A DNA stretch of 64,000 bases from Alphaproteobacteria bacterium (GTDB taxonomy: Bacteria; Pseudomonadota; Alphaproteobacteria; UBA828), in NCBI GenBank assembly GCA_965237415.1, contig CBDEFM010000001.1, forward strand, positions 352,001-416,000, read 5' to 3'. A program made the position numbers and the translations under genes. Shown here piece by piece: positions 48,893 through 59,430 of the stretch (within the stretch, counting starts at the first letter, position 1; every line of letters begins with the position of its first letter). A model generated the notes under the pieces. The model was not told the DNA's origin. It ran no database searches and saw nothing but the letters and a program-made list of their open reading frames with translations.

Positions 48893-50610
48893 ACGATACG
48901 TTTCTGCGCAACACGGCAGACCCCGTCACGACCGAGATCGTGCGCAACTTCGTCATTTCCTGCGCGGAGGACATGAACGCCTCGCTGTGGCGTTCCGCCC
49001 ACTCGGCGGTCATCTACGAGGGCCGGGACAGCGCCGTCGCGCTCCTCGACGCGGACGGCAACATGCTGGGTCAGTCGAGCGGCGTACCGCTCTTCATCGG
49101 TGCGATCGATGCCAATGTCCATCATGTGATGGACTATTACGGCGACGACATCGCCCAGGGCGACGTCTTCATCATGAACGACAGTTACATGCAGGGCTCG
49201 CACCTGCATGATGTGTCGGCGGTCGGGCCGATATTTTTCGATGGCGAGCTGATCGGCTTCGGAGCCGCGCGCGCGCACTGGAACGACATCGGCGCCATCG
49301 ACCCCGGCACGGTCATGGGGTCCACGAATATCTATCAGGAAGGGCTGCGTCTCGGGCCGACCCGCATCGTCGCGCAAGGCAAGCCCATCCGCGAGTGGTT
49401 CGACCTGCTGCGGCTCAACACCCGCATGCCGGACGCGAGCATCGGCGATCTCGGCGCCCAGATTGCCGCCATCCGCACCGGCGAGCGGCGGCTTTCCCAA
49501 CTACTGGAACGCATCGGCATCGACACCTACCGGGCCGCCTGCGAAAACATCTTCGAGCAGGCTCGGCGCATGGACCGCGAAGCGATCGCCGCGATCAAGG
49601 ACGGCACCTGGTACCGGGAAGGCTATCTGGATAACGACGGCGCGGGCGAAGACCCGGTGAAGGTCGCGCTGACGCTCACCGTCAAGGGCGAGGAGCTGAT
49701 CGTCGACCTCGCCGGCTCCTCCGGCCTCGTCCCCGGATCGGTCAATTGCGGCGCGAGCCAGACCGTGTCGCTACTGCGCCTCGCCTACAAGACGATGATC
49801 AATCCGGAGCGGGCGATCACCGGCGGTTCCTTCGAGACGATGACCGTCTACATACCCGACGACTGCCTGTTCAACGCCAAGGAGCCTGCGGCCTGCGAGT
49901 GGTACTTCACCGGCCTAGGCTTGCTGGCGGACCTCTTCATCTCCTGCCTTTCAGAGGCCATACCCGACCGCTCCACCGCCGCTCACTACGGCGATTCGAT
50001 GGTGGCCCTCTTCTTCTCCGTCGATCGCCAGAGGGGCCAGTGGATGTCCATCGAGGCCACCGCCGGCGGCTGGGGCGGCCGCAACGACGGCGACGGCGAG
50101 AGTGCGCTGATCAACCTGGTGAACGGCAGCTTCCGCAACATCCCGGCCGAGGTGATGGAAACGAAATTTCCCGTCCGCCTCGAGGAGTTCTCTATCCGCC
50201 CCGATTCCGGCGGGCCGGGGCGGCATCGCGGCGGCTGCGGCGTCGTACGCCGCTACAAGACACTCGAGGACTGCCACTGCGCTCTCTGGTTCGAACGCTC
50301 CCATACGCCAGCCTGGGGGCTGAATGGGGGCAGAGACGCACGCGGTCCGAAGATCGAGATCACCCATCCCGACGGCTCCTCCGAGGGGCCGCTCAAGATG
50401 CGGGCCCGGCCGGTCACGGCCGGCACGGTGGTCGAGACCAGGACGGGCGGAGGTGGCGGCAACGGCGATCCGAAGGCGCGCCCGTTCGAGGAAGTGAGGC
50501 TCGACGTGCAGCGGGGTTACGTCTCCCCCGAAGGTGCATGGAGGGACTATGGCGTCCGCATCACCTCGGGCCTCTCCGTGGACGAGACGGGATCCGAGCC
50601 ACGCGCTTGA
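48889..50610 (+). CDS. Hydantoinase B / oxoprolinase beta-type subunit
   Basis: [34 protein letters not shown] and TGGGGGNG. Confidence 0.9.
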   Translation: MNDTFLRNTADPVTTEIVRNFVISCAEDMNASLWRSAHSAVIYEGRDSAVALLDADGNMLGQSSGVPLFIGAIDANVHHVMDYYGDDIAQGDVFIMNDSYMQGSHLHDVSAVGPIFFDGELIGFGAARAHWNDIGAIDPGTVMGSTNIYQEGLRLGPTRIVAQGKPIREWFDLLRLNTRMPDASIGDLGAQIAAIRTGERRLSQLLERIGIDTYRAACENIFEQARRMDREAIAAIKDGTWYREGYLDNDGAGEDPVKVALTLTVKGEELIVDLAGSSGLVPGSVNCGASQTVSLLRLAYKTMINPERAITGGSFETMTVYIPDDCLFNAKEPAACEWYFTGLGLLADLFISCLSEAIPDRSTAAHYGDSMVALFFSVDRQRGQWMSIEATAGGWGGRNDGDGESALINLVNGSFRNIPAEVMETKFPVRLEEFSIRPDSGGPGRHRGGCGVVRRYKTLEDCHCALWFERSHTPAWGLNGGRDARGPKIEITHPDGSSEGPLKMRARPVTAGTVVETRTGGGGGNGDPKARPFEEVRLDVQRGYVSPEGAWRDYGVRITSGLSVDETGSEPRA

Positions 50611-50659
50611 CGGCGGAAGGCGCCGCGCAGACCGCGACCACGGTGAGCCACGGTGAGAC

Positions 50660-52177
50660 ATGGGGGTTAGCGAGCCGGCGCTCAGAGCCAACGGGATCGG
50701 CGTTGCTTTCGCCGGTGTGTGGGTGCTCAGCGACGTGTCGGTGGACATCCTGCCGGGCGAAATCCACGGGCTGATCGGCGAGAACGGCGCCGGCAAGTCG
50801 ACGCTCGGCAAGGTGTTCGGCGGCTACTACGCGGCGAGCGCCGGCACGCTCGATGTCTTCGGCGAGCGCGCGAGCACGTGGGACCCGCTCATGGCGCTCT
50901 CCAGGGGCGTCGCGATCATGCACCAGGAGCTGCAACTCGTGCCGGCGCTGACCGTGGCCGAGAATGTCTTCCTCGGCCTGGAGGACCAGCGCTGGGGCGT
51001 GCTGCGCCGAACCGAGGTAGCGCGCCTCTCGGAGCTGATGGCGGCGAGCGGCTTTCAGCTAAACCCCAACGCCATCGTCTCCCGGCTCCCCATCGCCGAC
51101 CAGCAGAAGATCGAGATCTTGCGGGCACTGGCGCGCAATGCGCGAATCATCGTGATGGACGAGCCCACGTCCTCGCTCTCGCGGGACGAGGTGTCGCAGC
51201 TGCACCGCGCGATGCGGAAGCTACGGGACGAAGGGCGGTCGATCATCTACGTCTCGCACTTTCTCAACGACATTCTCGACGTGTCCGACCGGATCACGGT
51301 GCTACGTGACGGCAAGCACGTGAAGACGGTGCCAGCCGCAGGCGAAACCCGGTCGAGCCTCGTCGCGGCAATGCTCGGCGGCGGCAAGAGCGAAACCCCC
51401 TTCCCGCCGCGGGTCCGCCCTCAAGATCCCGAGCCCGTGCTGGAGGTGGAGAACCTCGAGAGCGCCGAGGGGGCCAATGGCGCGAGCCTCTCGGTCGGCC
51501 GGGGCGAGATCGTGGGCCTCACCGGCCTCGTCGGCAGCGGCAGGAGCGAGATCGCCCGCGCGATCGTGGGTGCCGACCCGGCGACGGGCGGCGAAGTCCG
51601 GCTCAAGGGCGAGGTCTACCGCAACCGCTCCGTACGGCGCTCCGCCGCGCTCGGCATGGTGATGTCGCCGGAGGACCGCCGCAAGCAGGGCCTGGTGATG
51701 ACCATGCGGGTCTCGCCCAACATGACCTTGCCTCATCTCGGTCGCTTCGCGCACCTTGGCGTCATGCGACGCCGCACGGAACGCTCGCGCACCTTGAGCC
51801 TGATCGAGCACTTCCGCGTGCGCCCGGTGGACCCCAACGGCAACGTCGCGACTTTTTCCGGCGGGAATCAGCAGAAGGTCCTGATCGGCAAGTGGCTCAT
51901 GGAGAATCCCGACATCGTGATCCTCGACGAGCCGAGCCGCGGCGTGGACGTGGGCGCCCGCGAGCGGATCCACTTCGCGATTGCGGAGCTCGCCGCGGGC
52001 GGAACCGGCGTTCTGCTCATCTCCAGCGAGATCGAGGAGGTATTGGGCCTCGCCCACCGTGCCTATCTGGTGGATGGGGGCCGCATCGTCGACGAAGTGA
52101 TCCCTGCGGAGTCCAGCGAAGCGGACCTTCTCGCGCTGCTCTTCCAGCACCAAAGCCAGCGGCGCGGGGCCGAATGA
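50660..52177 (+). CDS. Sugar-type ABC ATP-binding protein
   Basis: GENGAGKST, MDEPTSSL and FSGGNQQK. Confidence 0.9.
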   Translation: MGVSEPALRANGIGVAFAGVWVLSDVSVDILPGEIHGLIGENGAGKSTLGKVFGGYYAASAGTLDVFGERASTWDPLMALSRGVAIMHQELQLVPALTVAENVFLGLEDQRWGVLRRTEVARLSELMAASGFQLNPNAIVSRLPIADQQKIEILRALARNARIIVMDEPTSSLSRDEVSQLHRAMRKLRDEGRSIIYVSHFLNDILDVSDRITVLRDGKHVKTVPAAGETRSSLVAAMLGGGKSETPFPPRVRPQDPEPVLEVENLESAEGANGASLSVGRGEIVGLTGLVGSGRSEIARAIVGADPATGGEVRLKGEVYRNRSVRRSAALGMVMSPEDRRKQGLVMTMRVSPNMTLPHLGRFAHLGVMRRRTERSRTLSLIEHFRVRPVDPNGNVATFSGGNQQKVLIGKWLMENPDIVILDEPSRGVDVGARERIHFAIAELAAGGTGVLLISSEIEEVLGLAHRAYLVDGGRIVDEVIPAESSEADLLALLFQHQSQRRGAE

Positions 52178-53115
52178 TCGTCAGGGGCTTCCATATCGGC
52201 CGCTTCCTTCAGACCTACGCGGTCCTGATCATGATCGTGTTCCTGGTCATCGCGCTGAGCTCGTTGTCCGAGAACTTCCTGACGTTCCGCAACCTGCTGA
52301 ACATCCTCAACCAGAACGCGCCGCTCGCGATCATGGCCTCGGCGATGACGCTCGTGATCATCGCGGGCGGGTTCGACCTCTCGGTGGCGGCGATCTTCTC
52401 CATGGGCTCGGTCATGTCAGCCTGGATCGCGCTCCACGTCGACCCCTATCTCGGCCTCTTCGTGGCGCCCTTCATCGGCCTGGCGCTCGGCACCATGAAC
52501 GGCGTCGTCATCAATGCGCTCCGGGTGCATTCCTTTCTCGCCACCATCGCCACGAGTCTGATCTTCAAGGGCGTCGCCATCGTCATCTCGGACGGGCGGT
52601 TGATCTCCGTCCGCCTCGACACCTTCACATGGCTCGGGCGCGACAAGGTGGGCGGCGTATTCATCGCCGTGTGGATCATGGCGGTCTTCGCCATGATCCT
52701 GACCTTCATGCTGACCCGGACCGCATTCGGGCGGCGGGTCTTCGCCGTCGGCGGCAACGAGGTGGCGGCGGTGCTCTCCGGCATCCGCACGGATCGCGTG
52801 AAGACCGCCACATTCGCCATCGCGGGCTTTGCGGCGGGGCTTGCCGCGATCATCGCGACATCGCGCGTGGCGCTGGGGCAGGCGGGGGCCGGGCAGGGCA
52901 TGGAGCTGCAGGCCATCGCCGCCGTGATCCTTGGCGGCACCAGCATCTACGGCGGGGCCGGCGCGGTGTGGCGCAGCCTCGGCGGCGTCTTCCTGCTGGC
53001 GCTCATCAGCAACGGCTTCAACATCCTGAACGCCGATCCCTTCTACCGCGACCTCACCACCGGGCTGGTCATCCTCGCCGCAATCGGGATCAGCGCGGCC
53101 GGCAAGCGGCGGTGA
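52174..53115 (+). CDS. Sugar-type ABC permease
   Basis: ATG at 52174 (ATGA overlap); GGFDLSV and ELQAIAAVILGGTS. Confidence 0.88.
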   Translation: MIVRGFHIGRFLQTYAVLIMIVFLVIALSSLSENFLTFRNLLNILNQNAPLAIMASAMTLVIIAGGFDLSVAAIFSMGSVMSAWIALHVDPYLGLFVAPFIGLALGTMNGVVINALRVHSFLATIATSLIFKGVAIVISDGRLISVRLDTFTWLGRDKVGGVFIAVWIMAVFAMILTFMLTRTAFGRRVFAVGGNEVAAVLSGIRTDRVKTATFAIAGFAAGLAAIIATSRVALGQAGAGQGMELQAIAAVILGGTSIYGGAGAVWRSLGGVFLLALISNGFNILNADPFYRDLTTGLVILAAIGISAAGKRR

Positions 53116-56100
53116 GCTGGCCCAGCCAAGGGTCACAGCGTCTCACCGAGATTCGGGCGGCGATGCGCGCCGCCGCCATCGAAGACGAAGTCGATGCGGT
53201 CCGCCGGATGGTGGAGGCCGCAGGTCTCACGCCGGCCGATCGGACGGCGATCAGCGCGCATGCGGCCGATCTGGTCCGCGCTGTCCGGGCGAGCGGCACC
53301 GCCTCGATCATGCAGGGCTTCCTCGCCGAGTACGGGCTCTCGACCCGTGAGGGCGTGGCGCTCATGTGCCTGGCCGAGGCCCTGCTCCGGGTGCCCGATA
53401 CGGAAACCATCGACGCGCTGATCGAGGACAAGATCGGCGCGTCGGACTGGGCGGCGCATCTCGGGCAGTCGAGCTCGCCGCTGGTCAACGCGTCCACCTG
53501 GGCGCTGCTGCTCACCGGCAAGGTGCTGGGAGAGGCGGAGGAGGGCCTCGCCGGCGTGCTTCACGGCGCGATCCGCCGCCTGGGCGAGCCGGTCATCCGC
53601 GCTGCGGTCGCCCAGGCCATGCGCGAGCTCGGGCATCAGTTCGTGCTCGGGCGCGACATGGGCGAAGCCATGGCCCGCACAGCAGAGCCGGAGGCGCAGG
53701 GCTGCAGCTTCTCCTACGACATGCTGGGCGAAGCGGCCCGCACCGAGGCGGACGCGCGGCGCTACCATCTGGCCTATTCGGATTCCATCACCGCGCTCGC
53801 CGCTGTCGGCCGGGGTAAGGGCATCCGCGACCGGCCGGGGGTCTCGGTCAAGCTGTCTGCGCTCCACCCGCGCTACGAGTTCGGCCAGCGTGAGCGGGTG
53901 ATGACCGAGCTCACTGCCCGCCTCGGCGCGCTTGCGCTGCTCGCCAAGTCGGCCGGGATCGGTCTCAACGTGGACGCCGAGGAGGCAGACCGCCTCGACC
54001 TCTCGCTCGATGTCATCGAGGCGGTGTTTGCCGGCCCCGCGCTCGACGGCTGGGACGGCTTCGGCGTGGTGGTGCAGGCCTACGGCAAACGGGCGGCGCA
54101 CGTCATCGATTGGGTCGGCGCGCTCGCCGCAGCGCACGGGCGCCCGATCATGGTGCGCCTCGTCAAGGGCGCCTATTGGGACAGCGAGATCAAGCGCGCG
54201 CAGACGTTGGGCCTCGACGGCTTCCCGGTCTTCACCCGCAAGGCGAGCACCGATGTCGCCTATCTCGCGTGCGCTCGCAGGCTGCTTGGCATGACGGATC
54301 GCCTCTATCCGCAGTTCGCGACCCACAACGCGCACACGGTGGCGGCCGTGCTGCACATGGCGGGCGGGCTAAAGAACTTCGAGTTCCAGCGCTTGCACGG
54401 GATGGGCGAGGCCCTGCACGAGGCGGTGCGCGCGGCGCACGGGGTCCGCTGCCGCATCTACGCGCCGGTGGGCGCGCACCATGATCTTCTCGCCTATCTC
54501 GTCCGGCGATTGCTGGAGAACGGCGCCAACAGCTCGTTCGTAAACCAGATCGTGGATGAGAGTGTGTCGGCCGACGAGATCGCGCGCGATCCCATTGCGG
54601 CGGTGGAAGGGCTCGGCAGCGCGGTCGCGAACCCCGCCATCGTGGCGCCCGCCGGGATTTTCGCCCCCGACCGCCGCAATGCGAAAGGCTGGGACCTCAC
54701 CGATCCCCTCACCGTGGATGCGATCGAGACGGCGCGCGAGCCGTTCCAGACCGCGGTCTGGGAGGTGGGTCCGCTCGTCGCGGGCCCGGTCCAAGGGGCG
54801 GACCGCAAAGAGGTGCGGAACCCGGCGCGCCCAGACGACGTCGTGGGCACCGTGACCGAAGCCGCGCCGGCCGATATCGAGGCGGCCCTCGAGGCAGCCA
54901 GAGAGGGCGCGGCGGCGTGGGCTGCGATGAGCGTCGAGGATCGCGCGCAGAGACTCCGCCGCGTGGCCGATCTCTACGAAGAACACGCGGCGGAGCTCTT
55001 CGCCCTCGCCGCCCGCGAGGCGGGCAAGACATGGCCCGATTGCGTGGGAGAGGTGCGCGAGGCCTGCGACTTCGCGCGCTTCTATGCGAGCGAAGCGCTG
55101 CGCCTATGTGCCCCTGCGGGCGTGGCCCCGCGGGGCGTGATCACCTGCATCTCGCCCTGGAACTTCCCGCTCGCGATCTTCTCAGGACAGATTCTCGGTG
55201 CGCTAGCCGCCGGCAACGCGGTCATCGCCAAGCCGGCGGAGCAGTCGCCGCTCATCGCGGCGCGCGCGATCCGGCTTATGCACGAGGCCGGCATCCCGCG
55301 CAGCGCAGTGCAGCTGCTGCCGGGCGATGGCGCGACGGTGGGTGCGGCGCTTGTCGCCGATCCGCGCATCGACGGTGTGTGCTTCACCGGCTCGACCGAG
55401 ACCGCCTGCCTCATCGACCGCGCGATGGCGGCGCACCTCGCGCCCGACGCGCCGCTCATCGCGGAGACCGGCGGGCTCAACGCGATGATCGTCGATTCCA
55501 CCGCGCTGCCCGAGCAGGCGGTGCGCGACATCGTCGCGTCCGCCTTCCAGAGCGCCGGCCAGCGCTGCTCGGCGCTGCGCATGTTGTACGTCCAGCGCGA
55601 GGTCGAGGAGCGGATACTGACAATGCTGTTCGGCGCCATGGACGAGCTTCGCATCGGCGACCCGTGGGCACTGGCGACGGACATCGGCCCCGTGATCGAC
55701 GACGACGCGCGCAGCCGCATCGAGGCGCACTGCGCGCGGGCCGAGCGGGAGGGGCGCGTGCTCAAGCGGCTCGCAGCGCCGGAGTACGGCACGTTCGTGC
55801 CGCCGACCGTGCTGCGGGTTGAGGGCATCGAGGCGTTGGCCGGAGAGGTGTTCGGGCCGGTGCTGCACGTGGCAACCTTCGGCGCGGGCGAGATCGATGC
55901 CGTCGTCGATGCGGTCAACGGGTCAGGCTACGGGCTGACCTTCGGCCTGCACACCCGCATCGACGATCGTGTGCAGCACATCGTCGATCGCGTTCGCGTG
56001 GGCAACATCTACGTCAACCGCAATCAGATCGGCGCAGTGGTGGGCTCGCAGCCCTTCGGCGGCGAAGGCCTGAGCGGCACCGGGCCGAAGGCGGGCGGCC

Positions 56101-56729
56101 CGCATTATGTGCGGCGCCTGATGGCTCGTGCCGTGCCTGCCGGGGGCGCTCCCGCCGGCGCAGTGGTTGACGAGGCGCGGCTCGCTGCTGCCATTGCCGA
56201 TGCCGCGCGCGGCCTCGCGGCACGGCCGCATCGTCGCGGCACGGGCACCCTCACCGGGGGGCGCGGTGGCGTCTCCTTCTTGCCGCTGGAGCTTCCCGGC
56301 CCCACCGGAGAATCCAACCGGCTGTCGTTCGCGCCCCGTGGCGCGGTGCTCTGCCTCGGCCCCGGTGCCGAAGCGGTGCAGGCGCAGGTGGCGATGGCCC
56401 GCGCGGCGGGAAACGCCGTCGTGGCGGTCTCCGCCGGAGCGAGCGCGGCGGTCTCCGCCTGCGCCGCCGATCCCCACGTGATCATTCTGGACGGGCAGGT
56501 CGCGCCGTCCACGCTCGCCACGTTGGGCGGTATCGCCGCCATCGCCTGCTGTGCGGACCGGGACGTGCTCAAGGAGATGCGTGCCACGCTCGCCCGACGC
56601 TCAGGCCCGATCCTGCCGCTGATTACGGAGCGGGACGCACCCGAGCGCTACGTGCTGGAGCGCCACCTCTGCGTCGATACCACGGCGGCGGGCGGCAACG
56701 CGTCACTGCTCGCACAGGCGGGAAGTTAG
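53112..56729 (+). CDS. putA: Bifunctional proline dehydrogenase / P5C dehydrogenase
   Basis: GTG at 53112 overlaps the permease TGA; SYDMLGE, RLVKGAYW, YLVRRLLEN, ETGG, SAGQRCSA and DTTAAGGNASL. Confidence 0.93.
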   Translation: MSWPSQGSQRLTEIRAAMRAAAIEDEVDAVRRMVEAAGLTPADRTAISAHAADLVRAVRASGTASIMQGFLAEYGLSTREGVALMCLAEALLRVPDTETIDALIEDKIGASDWAAHLGQSSSPLVNASTWALLLTGKVLGEAEEGLAGVLHGAIRRLGEPVIRAAVAQAMRELGHQFVLGRDMGEAMARTAEPEAQGCSFSYDMLGEAARTEADARRYHLAYSDSITALAAVGRGKGIRDRPGVSVKLSALHPRYEFGQRERVMTELTARLGALALLAKSAGIGLNVDAEEADRLDLSLDVIEAVFAGPALDGWDGFGVVVQAYGKRAAHVIDWVGALAAAHGRPIMVRLVKGAYWDSEIKRAQTLGLDGFPVFTRKASTDVAYLACARRLLGMTDRLYPQFATHNAHTVAAVLHMAGGLKNFEFQRLHGMGEALHEAVRAAHGVRCRIYAPVGAHHDLLAYLVRRLLENGANSSFVNQIVDESVSADEIARDPIAAVEGLGSAVANPAIVAPAGIFAPDRRNAKGWDLTDPLTVDAIETAREPFQTAVWEVGPLVAGPVQGADRKEVRNPARPDDVVGTVTEAAPADIEAALEAAREGAAAWAAMSVEDRAQRLRRVADLYEEHAAELFALAAREAGKTWPDCVGEVREACDFARFYASEALRLCAPAGVAPRGVITCISPWNFPLAIFSGQILGALAAGNAVIAKPAEQSPLIAARAIRLMHEAGIPRSAVQLLPGDGATVGAALVADPRIDGVCFTGSTETACLIDRAMAAHLAPDAPLIAETGGLNAMIVDSTALPEQAVRDIVASAFQSAGQRCSALRMLYVQREVEERILTMLFGAMDELRIGDPWALATDIGPVIDDDARSRIEAHCARAEREGRVLKRLAAPEYGTFVPPTVLRVEGIEALAGEVFGPVLHVATFGAGEIDAVVDAVNGSGYGLTFGLHTRIDDRVQHIVDRVRVGNIYVNRNQIGAVVGSQPFGGEGLSGTGPKAGGPHYVRRLMARAVPAGGAPAGAVVDEARLAAAIADAARGLAARPHRRGTGTLTGGRGGVSFLPLELPGPTGESNRLSFAPRGAVLCLGPGAEAVQAQVAMARAAGNAVVAVSAGASAAVSACAADPHVIILDGQVAPSTLATLGGIAAIACCADRDVLKEMRATLARRSGPILPLITERDAPERYVLERHLCVDTTAAGGNASLLAQAGS

Positions 56730-56949
56730 ACCGCATTTCTCACCAGAGTCCCGACCCGGCAGCAGCCGCGCGGACCATGATCGCGGCGATAAGACGGGGT
56801 AGTGGTTGACACTTATGAAACGGACGCCTTCATGCCCACTGGTGCATGATATGTCATTGTTATAAAGCGAGTTTTCTCCTTTTCCGATGCCAAAAGGCCC
56901 TTGCCATGCACTCACGGGCCGGCTTGAATGCGCTCCAGCTCGATTTCGG

Positions 56950-56983
56950 TGTCAATCGGCATTCAATACTGACCCCGGATTGG
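56950..56983. mobile_element. IS21-family-like terminal inverted repeat remnant
   Basis: TGTCAATCGGCATTCAATACTGACCCC resembles IS21-type ends (TGTCAA..GACCCC); no istA/istB nearby. Confidence 0.45.
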
Positions 56984-57059
56984 AGTGGGCCCCTGGGGTC
57001 GGACAGGCGGCTTGAAATGATTTGACCGGTGCGTCGGGCATTCGAAGGATCGACGGCCG

Positions 57060-57217
57060 TGGCAAAGATGCCGTAATGGGGCTCGGCGCTCACCGGCGAC
57101 GCTTGAGCTATTGGCCATGGCGGAGATTCGGGTGTCGTTGCCCTTGCACGCGTAGCGTGTTCACGGGGTCTTGCCGAAAGGCGCGGCCCATATCCTAGAC
57201 AGGAAAGGGCAACGACA
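57060..57217 (+). ncRNA. Structured IS110 non-coding leader (bridge/seek-RNA candidate)
   Basis: 13-bp stem TGTCGTTGCCCTT/AAGGGCAACGACA enclosing a large internal loop and a GAAA-capped hairpin; a second hairpin lies upstream. Confidence 0.5.
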
Positions 57218-57237
57218 TGGGAGTTTTTGTCGGCCTA

Positions 57238-58420
57238 GTCACCTGGCACTGAAGTAAGGCTCAGTGTAGGCTGTTCATCGTGGTGTGGCTGTGGAGGTCA
57301 TTGCGATGGCGCGTGGTACTGGCCGGCCGATGGCGGTCTTGGTTCTGAGCGATGAAGAGCGGTCGTATCTTGAGCGTCAGGCTCGACGGCGCCGGGTCGC
57401 GCGCTCGATCTCCGATCGCTGCCGCATGATCCTGCGCTGCGCAGACGGCCTGACCAACAAGGCGGTGGCCGCCGAGATCGGCGTGCACGAGCACACGGTC
57501 GGCAAGTGGCGCCGCCGCTTCCTGAAGGAGCGCATCGAGGGGCTGTCGGATGAGCCTCGGCCGGGACGGCCGCGAACGCTCACGGACGATCAGGTGGCCA
57601 AGGTTGTCGAGCGGACGCTCAGCGCGACGCCGGCGGACGCCACCCATTGGTCGTTGCGCTCGATGGCCAGGGAAAGCGGCCTTTCGCACACGACGATCTG
57701 GCGCATCTGGGGCGCCTTCGGCTTGCAGCCGCACCGCTCGGAGACCTTCAAGCTGTCGGGTGATCCGCACTTCGTGGACAAGGTCCGCGACATCATAGGC
57801 CTCTATCTGTCGCCGCCGGACCGCGCGCTGGTGCTCTGCGTCGACGAGAAGAGCCAGATCCAGGCGCTCGACCGTACACAGCCGGTCCTGCCGATGTTGC
57901 CGGGCATGCCTGAGCGGCGCACGCACGATTACAAGCGCCACGGAACGACCTCGCTGTTCGCAGCCCTCGATGTCGCCACGGGTTCCGTCATCGGCAAGTG
58001 CTACAGGCGCCACCGGGCCAGGGAGTTTCTCGACTTCCTGAAGGAGATCGACCGACGTGTTCCCGACGAGCTGGACATCCACATCGTCATGGAAAACTAC
58101 GCCACCCAAAAGACGGCGGCGGTCAAGGCGTGGCTGGCGCGGCGGCCGCACTGGCATGTTCACTTTACGCCGACTTCGGCGTCCTGGATCAATCAGGTCG
58201 AACGCTGGTTCGCCGAGTTGACGCGCAAGCAACTGCAGCGCGGCGTGCACACCTCCACCCGCCAGCTCGAAGCCGATATCCGGGCCTTCATCGAAAAACA
58301 CAACGAAGACCCCAAGCCCTTCAGGTGGACCAAATCGGCCGACGACATCCTCGCCGCCGTCAAACGCTTCTGCCTCCGCGTCGATCAAAACTTATGCCAC
58401 GAACTTTAGATTCGGGTGAC
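57238..58420 (+). mobile_element. IS630-family insertion sequence
   Basis: TA duplication (57236-57237, 58421-58422); terminal IRs GTCACC.../...GGTGAC. Confidence 0.9.
57306..58409 (+). CDS. IS630 transposase (second catalytic Asp replaced by Glu)
   Basis: RPGRPR, THWS, VDEKSQIQAL, HIVMENYATQK and SWINQVERWF. Confidence 0.85.
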   Translation: MARGTGRPMAVLVLSDEERSYLERQARRRRVARSISDRCRMILRCADGLTNKAVAAEIGVHEHTVGKWRRRFLKERIEGLSDEPRPGRPRTLTDDQVAKVVERTLSATPADATHWSLRSMARESGLSHTTIWRIWGAFGLQPHRSETFKLSGDPHFVDKVRDIIGLYLSPPDRALVLCVDEKSQIQALDRTQPVLPMLPGMPERRTHDYKRHGTTSLFAALDVATGSVIGKCYRRHRAREFLDFLKEIDRRVPDELDIHIVMENYATQKTAAVKAWLARRPHWHVHFTPTSASWINQVERWFAELTRKQLQRGVHTSTRQLEADIRAFIEKHNEDPKPFRWTKSADDILAAVKRFCLRVDQNLCHEL

Positions 58421-58640
58421 TAGACGTATCGCTGGCAAGCACGACTATCTGCGTTCTCGGCGAGAAAGGCAAGATCGTGACGGAGGCGCAGGTCGCCAGC
58501 GCGCCCGAATCGCTCGTTGCGTTCATGCGCAAGCTGCCGCACGGGATCGCCGCGATCGGCCTCGAAGCCGGCCCGCTGTCTCATTGGCTGCACAAGGGAC
58601 TGAGCGACGCCGGTTTCGAGACCGTGTTGATGGAGACCCG

Positions 58641-59430
58641 ATGCAGGCAAGCGATCTCCTCTAGCGACAGGAAGCGGGTGCTGTCGTCCGTCTTTCCGCT
58701 TCCACTCTGCTGGGACAGCGCGCGGTCGAGCCGTTCGGCGACACGCTCGGGCTCATAGTCGTCGAATTCGGGTTCCTGCCAATACTGTTCGAATGTTGCC
58801 TTGAAGCGCTCGATAACTTCAGGGTTTTTGGCTGCACTCACACGCACGTTCCATTCGAGGCCCTCGATCTGCGCTGTCTGCGTGAGGTTTAACGAGCCGA
58901 TGTCGGCGGTGTGCAGACCGCTATGACGGTGAAACAGCCGCACCTTGGCATGCAACCGCGTCCTCGCGACCTCGTACGAGACCTTCACGTGGGCGCCGAG
59001 CGCGACAAGTGCGTCGAGCGCTCGGCGCTCTGTCGATCCGGTATAGATGCTGGCGATTACCCGTATCTGCGCTCCTTCCCGTACCCTCGCTTCGAGCTAA
59101 GACTGGAACAGCCGCAATCCCGAGTGACGCACGAACGCACATAGGAGATCGATTTGGTCGGCGCTTGGTATCTCCCGCGTTATCTCACTCGCAATCTGGA
59201 CGTCGCGCCGTCCATTGACGAGTAGTCCGGTTCGACGGAGAGAGAGTGTAGGGCGGGGGGCTGGTGAGGGCGTGCCGCCAAGACTTGGGCGTTCGACGGC
59301 CTCGAAGAGCAATCGCGCAGCCGTTGCGACTCGATCGTCGGCCATCGCACCGTGTTCGAAGAGCACCTCCACCATCCGGTTCGCCAGAGAAATCTGGGCG
59401 GAGGCCTCTGTGTCACCTGAGCTACACCAG
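58641..59430 (-). pseudogene. Remnant of PLD (HKD) nuclease domain of a DUF3427-type nuclease-helicase
   Basis: SADQIDLLCAFVRHSGLR*..YTGSTERRALD..TRLHAKVRLF..IGSLNLT..GLEWNVR; in-frame TAG at 59097-59099; helicase part absent. Confidence 0.75.

Larger units (their letters stand above)
57217..58640 (+). pseudogene. IS110-family transposase N-terminal remnant, interrupted by IS630 and truncated
   Basis: Joining 57217-57237 to 58423 onward gives MGVFVGLDVSLASTTICVLGEKGKIVTEAQVAS..IGLEAGPLSHWL..VLMETR. Confidence 0.82.

Noticed and set aside
52629-53111. N-terminal extension of PutA (1366-aa ORF)
   Set aside because: Overlaps the permease in another frame; PutA-like sequence begins near GTG 53112
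56796-56833. GGGGTAGTGG.. as a Tn3-family terminal repeat
   Set aside because: Lacks the conserved internal ACG..TAAG end, and no partner repeat or transposase is present
57261-58388. 375-aa minus-strand ORF
   Set aside because: Antisense shadow of the IS630 transposase
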